From Ignavibacteria bacterium (lineage in GTDB: Bacteria > Bacteroidota > Ignavibacteria > Kapaibacteriales > UBA2268), in the NCBI GenBank assembly GCA_037440445.1, contig JBBIUA010000002.1:136848-200847 (forward strand): a stretch of 64,000 nt of DNA, in the 5' to 3' direction. Positions 1 to 8,735 of the stretch are shown one piece after another. The notes under the pieces were generated by a model. The model was not told the DNA's origin. It saw only the letters and a list, made by a program, of their open reading frames with translations, and searched no databases. The translations under genes and the position numbers were made by a program. Position 1 is the stretch's first letter. Each line of letters begins with the position of its first letter.

Positions 1-913
1 TGATTATTAGGATATTATCCAACTCTGCATTTTCTTTAAATCCCTTTGCGAAGTTGATTGCGTCCGAAAATTTATCGCCTTTTTTATAAACATATTTGCC
101 AGGTTGAACAACAGCACCAGCAACGATTATATACTCAAAATCATCAGATGGAAAAGGAACAAAAATTTCATCACCTTCGCGGATATATGGGTTGTATATA
201 AATGAATTACGAGACTTACTGAGTTCCAGGTCTGCTTTTCGCAATCCAAAAAGAGAATTGAATATTGAAATATTCCTTGTTGAGTAAAATGATTCACTCG
301 GAATGCCTCTTGCAACAAGTTCTTCTTCCCTTTTTCGATTTATTTTACTTAAAAATAATTCCTTTTCAAAAGTGTTCATAGGGATGTCCTGATTAGTATA
401 TTCTAAATTGGCTATTGAAATTGCATCGGATACTCTAAAACTTGCAGGTAACAGGTAAATTCCAGGTTTTCGAACGTTTCCTGAAACTTTCACAAGAACA
501 TTTCTTGGTTGGTAAAGTGAAACATAAACTTCAGCATCTGGATGAATTTTTATAACTTGTTCTTGTATAAGTTTTTTTACCTCAAAAAGTGTTTTACCAT
601 AGACATCGACAAAACCATAACGTGAAAGGGATAGTTTTCCATCCGCTCCTACTTTTGCATATTCAGGATTTATGCTTGCTGGTTTGACGAGTATTGAAAA
701 AATATCGTTCGGGCCTACATAGTAAAATGTATCAGAAACAAACGAACTGGTTGGATATTTATCTGTAGTTGAAAAAATTTGTTGTTGAAATTGTGACTTA
801 AATTCCTCTCCAGTGAAGATATCTTTATTAATGGTTGGGAGTCCTGTGATTTGTGAAAATGAAGAAGTAAGTGCGACGAAAAAAAATGTTAAAATCCAAC
901 AAAAATTATGCAT
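1..913 (-). CDS. Polysaccharide export protein (Wza/SLBB-like), N-terminal part; C-terminus lies beyond the window start
   Basis: My translation of the minus strand from ATG at 913 gives MHNFCWILTFFFVALTSSFSQ... (signal peptide) followed by motifs typical of the Poly_export/SLBB fold (GPNDIFSI, VSGNVRKPGIYLLPASFRVSDAISIA, VQPGKYVYKKGDKFSDAINFAKG). The reading frame stays open to position 1. The ORF track omits it, probably because it runs off the window edge. Confidence 0.55.
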   Translation of the reverse strand, partial: MHNFCWILTFFFVALTSSFSQITGLPTINKDIFTGEEFKSQFQQQIFSTTDKYPTSSFVSDTFYYVGPNDIFSILVKPASINPEYAKVGADGKLSLSRYGFVDVYGKTLFEVKKLIQEQVIKIHPDAEVYVSLYQPRNVLVKVSGNVRKPGIYLLPASFRVSDAISIANLEYTNQDIPMNTFEKELFLSKINRKREEELVARGIPSESFYSTRNISIFNSLFGLRKADLELSKSRNSFIYNPYIREGDEIFVPFPSDDFEYIIVAGAVVQPGKYVYKKGDKFSDAINFAKGFKENAELDNILII

Positions 914-1104
914 TTTCCCCTCGAATAAGAATGCAAATTTAAGAATTCGCATTTAAGTTAAATCATTAATTGAACTTGTTGATAATAAAAGTTAAGATTG
1001 TTAAGAAAACAAAAATTGTTTTCAATACTTTTTAGGAAAAGAAAGAAAAAACAGAAAGTAAAGATACAAGTTACATATTGCATCCACAAGTATTTGAAAT
1101 TTTT

Positions 1105-1134
1105 ACTACCAAAATAAATTTGGTAGTTTTATTC
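1105..1134 (+). terminator. Orphan intrinsic-terminator-like hairpin (ACTACCAAA-ATAAA-TTTGGTAGT followed by TTTTATT)
   Basis: A 9-bp perfect stem with a 5-nt loop and a T-rich tail in the + orientation. No + strand gene lies upstream within the 400-bp spacer. Confidence 0.35.
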
Positions 1135-1311
1135 GAATATTCGATTATTTTACCAATTTAGTTAAGGATGTGTTCTGTTTCACCTGAAATTATCGTAGAA
1201 AAAAATTAATTTCGTATTGCAAGCCTGAAAGTTTTATGATCTCCAAAACTTTTTCAACCTCTTCGATATAGTTTGGACTTTGAATTGGTATAAAACTAAT
1301 TTCACAGGAAA

Positions 1312-1986
1312 TTATTTCTTTTGCCATACTCCAACTAAAAAACCTGGTGGATAAATTTTTTTGAACTCTTTTTCTTTATCAAATGAAATTTCGTCTTCTG
1401 AAACAAATGGTGGAGTATAAAGTGTTTCAATAATCTCGATTAATTCTTTCGAACGGATGGTTGAAATTTCTTGTTTAGTAAAAAGATTAGCGTAGCGAAA
1501 TACAGTTTTTTGTTGAAAATCTTGTGAAAGATACAATTTCCCCCACTCACTATCTTTATTTATGAATCCGATGATTATTTTACCACCTTTTTTGATAACT
1601 CTGAACATTTCCCCAATTACAGCAAGTGGTTCTGATACGAATTCCAAGGTTGCCACAGAAAGTGCGGCGTCGAAATAATTTTCGGGAAAAGGCAATTGCC
1701 GAGCGTCGCAACGAATGAATTTAATTGACAAACACATATTTTTCGACTTTTCAATCGCTGTATTCAGCATTTCGGAAGAAATATCGACACCAACTACTTC
1801 GAAACCCATTTTTGCAAGTTTGATTGAATAATTACCAGTACCACACCCAACATCAAGAATACGATTAATCTTTGTGATGTCGAAATGGTTTAAAATAGCG
1901 ATGGTTTCAATTTCATCGACAAAACCACCCAGTTTAGTTTTGTACCAATCGTCGTAAGTCCTTGCTTCTTTGTCGAATATTTCCAT
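1312..1986 (-). CDS. Class I SAM-dependent methyltransferase
   Basis: 224-aa ORF with the SAM-binding motif I LDVGCGTGNYSIKL and a Methyltransf_11-like layout. Confidence 0.8.
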   Translation of the reverse strand: MEIFDKEARTYDDWYKTKLGGFVDEIETIAILNHFDITKINRILDVGCGTGNYSIKLAKMGFEVVGVDISSEMLNTAIEKSKNMCLSIKFIRCDARQLPFPENYFDAALSVATLEFVSEPLAVIGEMFRVIKKGGKIIIGFINKDSEWGKLYLSQDFQQKTVFRYANLFTKQEISTIRSKELIEIIETLYTPPFVSEDEISFDKEKEFKKIYPPGFLVGVWQKK

Positions 1987-2126
1987 AATTACAAAATTTA
2001 CTTATTTTATGTAACAATTTTATAAAAAATTTGTTATTTGATTTGAACTATTTTAAACTTTTTTAAAAGTTATTTGTCAAATTAATTGAACAAACGGATG
2101 TTTAACAAAAACAAAAGGAGATTAAT

Positions 2127-2807
2127 ATGAAACGACTTTCTGTTCTTGCAATCGCATTAATGACAATTGGACTTATTGCTTTTGTTGGTTGCAATAAGTT
2201 GAGTGACCCAATTTCGCCAGACACACAAGAATTTGTGTATAATGCTAATATTCCATTCGAATCGGAAATGTGTATCTCATCGGATTTCAGCGAAGCTAAT
2301 TTCGACAAGCCTGCAATGCTGCTTTCCCCAAACGATGATCCATTCTACCCAATGCGTCCTATAAAGTACATGACCCCACTCGGTAGAATTTTGTTGCAAT
2401 TGAATCTTACTGATGAACAAAAGGAACAAGTCAAAGATTTTCTTGCTCAATATCGCGATTGTGTAAAAAATGCGATGATTGCTTTGAGAGAATCTGAAAG
2501 GGAAATCATTGCTCAAGCAAATCAAGAACGCCGTCAAGTTATGGAACAACTTCAAAATGGTGAAATCGATCGCCAAACAGCCTGGGAATTAATGAAACAG
2601 ATTAATCAAAGAACACGAGAGGCTCTGATGAATAATCCTGTAAGACAACAAACTTTGGAACAATTAAAAGATTGTTGGGACACATTGGTTGCAAATATTA
2701 AAAGTATTTTGACTGACGAACAAAATGCTTTGTTTGATGAACTTTTAGCAAAATATCGAGATAATCGTGGTGGCGGAAGAGGAAATTGTCCTGGAACTAG
2801 ACCATAA
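2127..2807 (+). CDS. Spy/CpxP-family (LTXXQ motif) periplasmic lipoprotein
   Basis: Signal peptide with a lipobox (LIAFVGC). Two LTXXQ motifs (LNLTDEQKEQV and ILTDEQNALF) in a helical, charged protein. Confidence 0.55.
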   Translation: MKRLSVLAIALMTIGLIAFVGCNKLSDPISPDTQEFVYNANIPFESEMCISSDFSEANFDKPAMLLSPNDDPFYPMRPIKYMTPLGRILLQLNLTDEQKEQVKDFLAQYRDCVKNAMIALRESEREIIAQANQERRQVMEQLQNGEIDRQTAWELMKQINQRTREALMNNPVRQQTLEQLKDCWDTLVANIKSILTDEQNALFDELLAKYRDNRGGGRGNCPGTRP

Positions 2808-2835
2808 AGTAAAGTATCTTTGTTAAAATCAAAAA

Positions 2836-2867
2836 GGGCTACCAATTTGGTAGCCCATTCTTTTTTC
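2836..2867. terminator. Bidirectional intrinsic terminator between the convergent spy-like gene and gcvH
   Basis: GGGCTACC-AATT-GGTAGCCC hairpin flanked by A-run/T-run on both sides (aaaaa upstream, ttcttttttc downstream). Confidence 0.6.
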
Positions 2868-2881
2868 ATATGAAGAAATTT

Positions 2882-3262
2882 CTAATGTCCAACTAGTTGT
2901 TTATAAGATTCAGCATCTAATAACTCGTTCAATTCATCGGGATTGGACATTTCCACTTTTATCAACCATCCAGCACCGTAGGGGTCTTTGTTAACATCCT
3001 CTGGATGGTTGTTAATTGACTTATTTACCTCAACTACTTTGCCAGAAAGTGGTGCGATAATGTCGGCGACAGTTTTAACAGCCTCGATTGTTCCAATTGC
3101 TTCTCCTTTTTTTACCTCGGTCAAAGATTCCGAGATATCGACAAAAACAACATCCCCGAGTTCACTTTGGGCATGGTCAGTTATCCCAATTGTAGCAATG
3201 TTGCCTTCAACTAATACCCATTCGTGGGTTTGAGTATACTTTAAATTTTCTGGAAATACCAT
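2882..3262 (-). CDS. gcvH: Glycine cleavage system H protein (lipoyl carrier)
   Basis: MVFPENLKYTQTHEWV...TDHAQSELGDVVFV...EAVKTVADIIAPLSGKVVEVN matches the GcvH signature, including the lipoyl-lysine context. I prefer the MVFPEN start (3262) over the extended ORF start at 3286. Confidence 0.85.
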   Translation of the reverse strand: MVFPENLKYTQTHEWVLVEGNIATIGITDHAQSELGDVVFVDISESLTEVKKGEAIGTIEAVKTVADIIAPLSGKVVEVNKSINNHPEDVNKDPYGAGWLIKVEMSNPDELNELLDAESYKQLVGH

Positions 3263-3411
3263 TTCAGCCCTCAAAAAAAAAAGCAAATATAAAAAGAAAA
3301 TTTGAACACATTAATAATCAAAATTTGAACTTAAAATTTGGTTTTTTTTAAATTTTTTTTTATCTTTTGTTAGAATTTTTGATTTTTTTACAAGTAAATT
3401 ATTAACAAATA

Positions 3412-4173
3412 ATGGGGATAATTATGAAGGTCGGATTAGTTGGATTTGGACGAACAGGGAAACCTGTTGCAAGTACTTTGTTATTGAATAAAGAAATTCG
3501 TTTGGAATGGGTTTTGCGACGCTCCCGGAAATTAGAACATCGTTCTGTGCCTGAATTTTTGGGAATAGAAACTGATGAACCTGGCTTGATATACTCTATT
3601 CAAGATATTACAATTTCTGAGTTGTTGGATATACAGCCAGTGGATGTGGTTATCGACTTCGCCTCTGAAGATGCAATTTTTTTCTATGGTGATGAGTGTG
3701 CTAAGCGAAAAATAAAGATTATTTCTGCGGTTTCGAATTATCCAGAAAATTCTATTCAAAAATTGATGGAACTTTCGCGTCTGACTACGGTATTTTGGTC
3801 TCCCAATATAACTCTTGGCATCAATTATTTAATAATTGTTGCAAAGTTTTTGAAGAAAATTGTTCCTCACATTGACTTAGTTATAGTGGAAGAACACTTC
3901 AAGGAAAAAAAAGATATTTCAGGAACGGCTAAAGTGATAGCAAAGGAATTAGGAGTGGATTTCGATGAAATTAAATCAATTCGTGCAGGTGGGATAATTG
4001 GTCGCCACGAAGTTATTTGTGGTTTTCCATATCAAACGATACGTCTTGTTCATGAATCAATTTCTCGGGAAGCTTTTGGTAATGGGGTTATTTTCGTAGC
4101 AAAAAATTTAATTAATGAAGAGGAAGGTTTTTATCAATTTGAAGAACTTTTGCTTCCATATTTTTCACTTTAA
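3412..4173 (+). CDS. dapB: 4-hydroxy-tetrahydrodipicolinate reductase
   Basis: N-terminal GxxGxxG (VGLVGFGRTGK) and the DapB signature EEHFKEKKDISGTAK (E-x-H-H-x-x-K-x-D-x-P-S-G-T-A pattern). The start may be the internal ATG at 3424 (MKVGLVG). Confidence 0.85.
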   Translation: MGIIMKVGLVGFGRTGKPVASTLLLNKEIRLEWVLRRSRKLEHRSVPEFLGIETDEPGLIYSIQDITISELLDIQPVDVVIDFASEDAIFFYGDECAKRKIKIISAVSNYPENSIQKLMELSRLTTVFWSPNITLGINYLIIVAKFLKKIVPHIDLVIVEEHFKEKKDISGTAKVIAKELGVDFDEIKSIRAGGIIGRHEVICGFPYQTIRLVHESISREAFGNGVIFVAKNLINEEEGFYQFEELLLPYFSL

Positions 4174-4208
4174 TAAAATAAATCTTCTGTCCTTTCGATT
4201 TTAATAAT

Positions 4209-4718
4209 ATGATAAAACTTGTTAAAAAAATATTTGTTTCCATTTTGACCTTGTCGATAATTGTTTCATCGGCAGGGGTTACAATAATTAATCATATTTG
4301 TAAAGAAAAGAATATTTATTTAACTGGTTTGAGTAAGGTTGATTGTAACGAAGTTTTTACTCAAGAAACAAGTAGTTGTTGCGGAAAGTCTAGTACCAAT
4401 GACTCATGTCATTCAAAGCAAAGAAATTCTGGTGATGATGGTGAAGTTTCGTTTCTTAACTTGGGCAATTGTTGTAGCAATTTAGAATTCTCAAAAAAAG
4501 TCATTATTAATTCAAAGGAAAATAATTTAAAAAAATTTACTTTAGAATTTAAACATAATCAAAAAGTTGAATATGTAAAAGATTTAATTTCTGAATATTT
4601 GAACCAAAAAATAAAGTTTTTTGAAGAAAAAGTAACCACTCCAATAAAAAAGATTATTATCCTAATTAGGATTATTGCTTCGCTTTTTTCATCTTCTGAT
4701 TCCGTCCCACTCTCTTAA
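4209..4718 (+). CDS. Hypothetical membrane-anchored cysteine-rich protein
   Basis: 169 aa with an N-terminal hydrophobic segment, 8 Cys clustered in residues ~30-90 (CKEK...DCNE...SSCCGK...SCHSK...GNCCSN), a Lys-rich region and a C-terminal hydrophobic tail. I recognise no family. Confidence 0.45.
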   Translation: MIKLVKKIFVSILTLSIIVSSAGVTIINHICKEKNIYLTGLSKVDCNEVFTQETSSCCGKSSTNDSCHSKQRNSGDDGEVSFLNLGNCCSNLEFSKKVIINSKENNLKKFTLEFKHNQKVEYVKDLISEYLNQKIKFFEEKVTTPIKKIIILIRIIASLFSSSDSVPLS

Positions 4719-4804
4719 CCTCATCTTTTTTTCATAAAATACCATTTCGACTAAAAAATTCAATCTTCTAATTTGGTTTTGTTCATAAACTTTTGGAGGC
4801 AAAT

Positions 4805-7045
4805 ATGAAACAAGTTTTTGTTAAATATATGATAATATTATTTTCTTTGATTTTAATGTCTCAATTAGGAAACGCAAAAACAGTCAAAGGAAAAGTATAT
4901 GGTAACTATGGGAAAGAAGGTCGGAAGATACTTGCTGGGGTAACAATACGATTATTAAATTCAAATATAGGAGCGGTAACAGATGAAAAAGGCGAGTTTT
5001 CAATTGATATAAAATCAAAGGATAAAATTATTGTTAGTTTTGTTGGATTTAACAAGGATACTATAGAAGTTGCACCTAATAATGAATATCTTGAAATAGT
5101 TCTCGAAGGAGAGTATAAATTTGATGAAGTTGTTGTCCAAGAAAGAGCATTGGAGAGATATGTTGAGGAATCGAAAATAGAAAAGACGGAGGTTTTAACT
5201 CAAAATTCCTTGAAAAAGGCAGCTTGTTGCAATTTATCGGAAAGTTTCATAACAAATCCGACAGTGGATGTAACATTTACTGATGCTGTAACGGGTATCA
5301 AGCAGATTCAACTGCTTGGTTTGGCTCAGAACTATATACAAATTTTGATGGAGGAAACGCCAAACTTGCAGGGTTTCGCCTCGAATTATGGGTTATTTTT
5401 TATTTCTGGCCCTTGGATTAATTCTATTTCTATTTCAAAGGGATCTTCTTCTGTTACTCGTGGATATGAATCTATTACGGGGCAAATAAACGTTGACTTG
5501 AAGGAATCTAACAATACAGATGATTTATTCTTGAATGCATATTTGAACGATTTATTGCGATTTGAAGGGAATTTAGTCTCCAAAGCAAAAATTAGTGATG
5601 AGTTTTCAACAATTTTATTTGGTAATGCAACAATTAATCGAAAGTATGTCGATTTTAATGGGGATGGGTTTCTGGATATACCATTGACACAAATGTTAAA
5701 TGTTTTAAACTATGTTATCTATGATGGCAAACATTTTGAAAGTAAAAGTTATATTCATGCTTTAGTCGATGAGATCAGTTCTGGTCAAACTTCGTTTTTC
5801 AAAATACCTGATAATAGGAATTTTTGGGCTTCAGAGGTAAAAATTAAGCGAATTAATTTAGTCACAAAGAATGGATATATCTTCGATGATGATAATCAAT
5901 CTAGTTTTGGCTCTATTCTTAGTTTTACTCATCACAAACAGGATTCCTACTTTGGAAAACGAATTTTTAATCTTGAGCAAAACTCTGTTTTAATAAATTT
6001 AATTTATTCATCGCTGATAAATCCTTTTGAAATGTTTTACAATCCTAACTACACATTACCCGAAGGACCAAATTTAACTTTAGGCTTTGGTTTAACTTAT
6101 AATAATTACTTACAATATATAGATTCTTTAAATCTATCTACTAAAGAATTTGTTCCTGGCTTCTTTGGCGAAGTTATTTTGAACCCAATTGAAAATTTTA
6201 CAATAGTTCCCGGTATCAGAGTAGATTTTCATAATAGTTCTGGAACATTGTTTACTCCGAGAATACATATTAAATATAAAATCAATGAATTGAATACTAT
6301 TCGATTTTCTGTTGGCAAAGGGTACCACTTCCCACTTCCTATTGTTGAAAACCAAAGCATTTTAAATTCTTCCCGAACAATTTATTTCGACGATGAGTTA
6401 AAGATGGAAGAAGCTTGGAACTTTGGTGTAAACTCAACTCACACTTTTGAAATATTTGGCTTATTTGGAACTCTGAATTTAGAGTTTTATCGCACGAATT
6501 TTATTAATCAAGTAATTGTTGATAAAGATGCAGACCCGACAGGAATATATATTTACAATTTGAAAGGAAGGTCCTTTTCGAATAGTTTCCAAATTGATTT
6601 AAGTTTGGACTTTTGGAAGAACATTTCTTTACTTTTGGCATATCGTTTAAACGACGTCTGGTTGACTACGAATAATCAACTACAAAGGAAACCCCTAATG
6701 AGTCCACATAAAGTTTTGCTGAATTTATCTTATAAACCCGATCCATTTTGGTTCGATTTTACTATTGATTTCAATGGTGGCGGAAGGATTCCGAATACCT
6801 CGCAGAATCCCAACCAGTATCAACTTCCGTCTACTTTTAAATCATTCGTTGTCTTATATGCTCAATTTACATATCGTTTTAAATTTTTTGAAATTTACAT
6901 TGGTGGCGAAAACTTAACGGGTTTTAAACAAAAGAACCCAATTCTTGCCTTCGACAATCCTTTTTCAAAATATTTTGATAGTTCAACAATTTGGGGACCT
7001 ATCGAAGGACGAAAAGTTTATATTGGAATGAGATTTTCCAAGTAA
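4805..7045 (+). CDS. TonB-dependent receptor-like outer membrane protein with N-terminal carboxypeptidase-regulatory-like domain
   Basis: Signal peptide, a CarboxypepD_reg-like segment (VKGKVYG...GVTIRLLNSNIGAVTDEKGEFSIDI...VSFVGF), then plug-like and long beta-strand-rich regions. GGAGG sits 5 nt upstream of the ATG at 4805. Confidence 0.6.
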   Translation: MKQVFVKYMIILFSLILMSQLGNAKTVKGKVYGNYGKEGRKILAGVTIRLLNSNIGAVTDEKGEFSIDIKSKDKIIVSFVGFNKDTIEVAPNNEYLEIVLEGEYKFDEVVVQERALERYVEESKIEKTEVLTQNSLKKAACCNLSESFITNPTVDVTFTDAVTGIKQIQLLGLAQNYIQILMEETPNLQGFASNYGLFFISGPWINSISISKGSSSVTRGYESITGQINVDLKESNNTDDLFLNAYLNDLLRFEGNLVSKAKISDEFSTILFGNATINRKYVDFNGDGFLDIPLTQMLNVLNYVIYDGKHFESKSYIHALVDEISSGQTSFFKIPDNRNFWASEVKIKRINLVTKNGYIFDDDNQSSFGSILSFTHHKQDSYFGKRIFNLEQNSVLINLIYSSLINPFEMFYNPNYTLPEGPNLTLGFGLTYNNYLQYIDSLNLSTKEFVPGFFGEVILNPIENFTIVPGIRVDFHNSSGTLFTPRIHIKYKINELNTIRFSVGKGYHFPLPIVENQSILNSSRTIYFDDELKMEEAWNFGVNSTHTFEIFGLFGTLNLEFYRTNFINQVIVDKDADPTGIYIYNLKGRSFSNSFQIDLSLDFWKNISLLLAYRLNDVWLTTNNQLQRKPLMSPHKVLLNLSYKPDPFWFDFTIDFNGGGRIPNTSQNPNQYQLPSTFKSFVVLYAQFTYRFKFFEIYIGGENLTGFKQKNPILAFDNPFSKYFDSSTIWGPIEGRKVYIGMRFSK

Positions 7046-7060
7046 TCGATTTTTCTAACC

Positions 7061-7098
7061 ACGCTGGTAGTTTTTTGCTACCAGCGTTTCTTTTTTTA
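7061..7098 (+). terminator. Intrinsic terminator after the TonB-dependent receptor gene
   Basis: ACGCTGGTAG-TTTTTT-GCTACCAGCGT hairpin followed by TTCTTTTTTT. Confidence 0.65.
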
Positions 7099-7135
7099 CT
7101 ATATTGAACTTTTTGAAGTATGAGATTGAAAGCAA

Positions 7136-7687
7136 ATGAAAAAAAAGCGTGTTTATATTGGAACTTTCCTAAAAACTCCTGAAATAATTGAATTATACCC
7201 TAAATTAAAATTAGGTTTCAAAAATATTATCGAAGGAAAATGGGTTGAGGATTGGAATTTACACTTTACATACCATTTCATTGGAGAAATCGAAGAAATA
7301 ATGATTAAAGATTTGCTTAACGACTTGAAACAAATACTAATAAAATTTAATAATCCTTTAGAAATGGTTGGGCTCGGATGTTTTCCTAATTTAATTTATC
7401 CCAGAGTGCTGTTCATTCAGATTATTGACCAAACCAAAATTTTAAATGAAATTTATAATTATTGCAAAAATGTATTGATTCGGCATAATATTCCCGTAGA
7501 AAATCGCCCTTTCCATCCACATCTAACTCTTTTAAGAATTAAAAGCGTAAAGAGAAATGAATTCATTAATATGGTTCAAAACTATTCCCAAACGAATTTT
7601 GGAAAAGTAGAAAACTTTTTTGTTAACTTAATTGAAAGTAAACTTACTCCAAAGGGTCCAATTTACAATGTAATTTTGAATGAATAG
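7136..7687 (+). CDS. thpR: RNA 2',3'-cyclic phosphodiesterase (2H phosphoesterase, LigT/ThpR family)
   Basis: Two H-x-T/S-x motifs (HFTYHF and HPHLTLLR) in a ~180-aa protein. Confidence 0.65.
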   Translation: MKKKRVYIGTFLKTPEIIELYPKLKLGFKNIIEGKWVEDWNLHFTYHFIGEIEEIMIKDLLNDLKQILIKFNNPLEMVGLGCFPNLIYPRVLFIQIIDQTKILNEIYNYCKNVLIRHNIPVENRPFHPHLTLLRIKSVKRNEFINMVQNYSQTNFGKVENFFVNLIESKLTPKGPIYNVILNE

Positions 7688-7701
7688 TTTTCTTTGAAAG
7701 T

Positions 7702-8709
7702 TTATTTTAAAGCTTCTGCAAACTCTTTTAGATGTTGAGGAATATCCATATGGGTAGTTTTCAATGGGTCAGCAGCCACATCCAATGGGAGACGTGTTGG
7801 ATTTTCCCCAGGATGGGAACAGATGTAAAAAGCGCTGTCGGCACCTTCGAACGCATCTTTAACCATTATGTAACCAAGCCAACTTGCTGTTAAAATATCT
7901 TTAACAGCAGCTTTGCCACCGCGTTGGAAATATCCCATATCAACATGTCGGATTTCGTGTTTTATGTTTCTTCGATTAAATATTTCTTCGAGAATCTTTC
8001 GAATCTCGTCGGCACTTTTGGGGTAACCTTCGGCAACAATAATTCGAGTATCCCGGTCTCTTTCGCTTATTAAGTTAACTAAATGTTCATAATCAACTTC
8101 TTCGTTTGGTAGTATAATATGTTCAGCGCCAGTTGCTACCCCTGCAAAAAAAGCAAGATATCCAGAATCGCGCCCCATAGACTCTATTATGTAAACACGG
8201 CGGTGGGCAGAGGCTGTGTCGCGTATCCATTCCAACATTTCAAGGCTTTTATCGATAGCGCTATAAAACCCTATCGAATATCCATAATTGTTACATACAT
8301 CATTATCGATAGAGCCAGCAGTGACAAGCAATTTGGTTCGCAAACCTTTTTCTTTAATAATATTATTAATTACATTTGATGCAGCTAAACTGCCATTCCC
8401 ACCAATAATAAAAAGGTAATCGAAGAAGTTATCGTGTAAATTCATTGCGATAGCTTCTTGCATATCCCTATCTTCTTTAAGTTCGGGAACACGTAAAGTA
8501 CCTAAAATTGTTCCACCTTGGTGGGCGATTCCGGCAGTATCTTTCTTTGTTAGTTTGCGAAAATTACCATCGACAAGTCCTCGCCAACCGTCGATGACAC
8601 CCCAAACAGAAGTGGCAGGGCGAAGATTTAAACAGCAACGAACGACTGCGCGAATAAATGCATTCATTCCTGGAGAATCACCACCTCCAGTCATTATTGC
8701 TATTTTCAT
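7702..8709 (-). CDS. pfkA: 6-phosphofructokinase (ATP/PPi-dependent PFK family)
   Basis: MKIAIMTGGGDSPGMNA N-terminus, IIGGNGS, ESMGRDSG and a PFK-like C-terminus. Confidence 0.85.
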   Translation of the reverse strand: MKIAIMTGGGDSPGMNAFIRAVVRCCLNLRPATSVWGVIDGWRGLVDGNFRKLTKKDTAGIAHQGGTILGTLRVPELKEDRDMQEAIAMNLHDNFFDYLFIIGGNGSLAASNVINNIIKEKGLRTKLLVTAGSIDNDVCNNYGYSIGFYSAIDKSLEMLEWIRDTASAHRRVYIIESMGRDSGYLAFFAGVATGAEHIILPNEEVDYEHLVNLISERDRDTRIIVAEGYPKSADEIRKILEEIFNRRNIKHEIRHVDMGYFQRGGKAAVKDILTASWLGYIMVKDAFEGADSAFYICSHPGENPTRLPLDVAADPLKTTHMDIPQHLKEFAEALK

Positions 8710-8735
8710 AGTTCCTAACCTTTATTAAACAAATA

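Noticed and set aside
127-318. 63-aa ORF on the minus strand near the window start
   Set aside because: It lies inside, and out of frame with, the long Wza-like export gene (1..913, minus strand), which has clear family motifs. It is a spurious overlapping ORF.
2102-2869. Three minus-strand ORFs (68, 99, 87 aa) overlapping the Spy-like gene
   Set aside because: They are antisense to a gene with a signal peptide and LTXXQ motifs, have low-complexity composition and no motifs.
2988-3233. 81-aa + strand ORF inside gcvH
   Set aside because: Antisense to a confidently identified gcvH, with no independent support.
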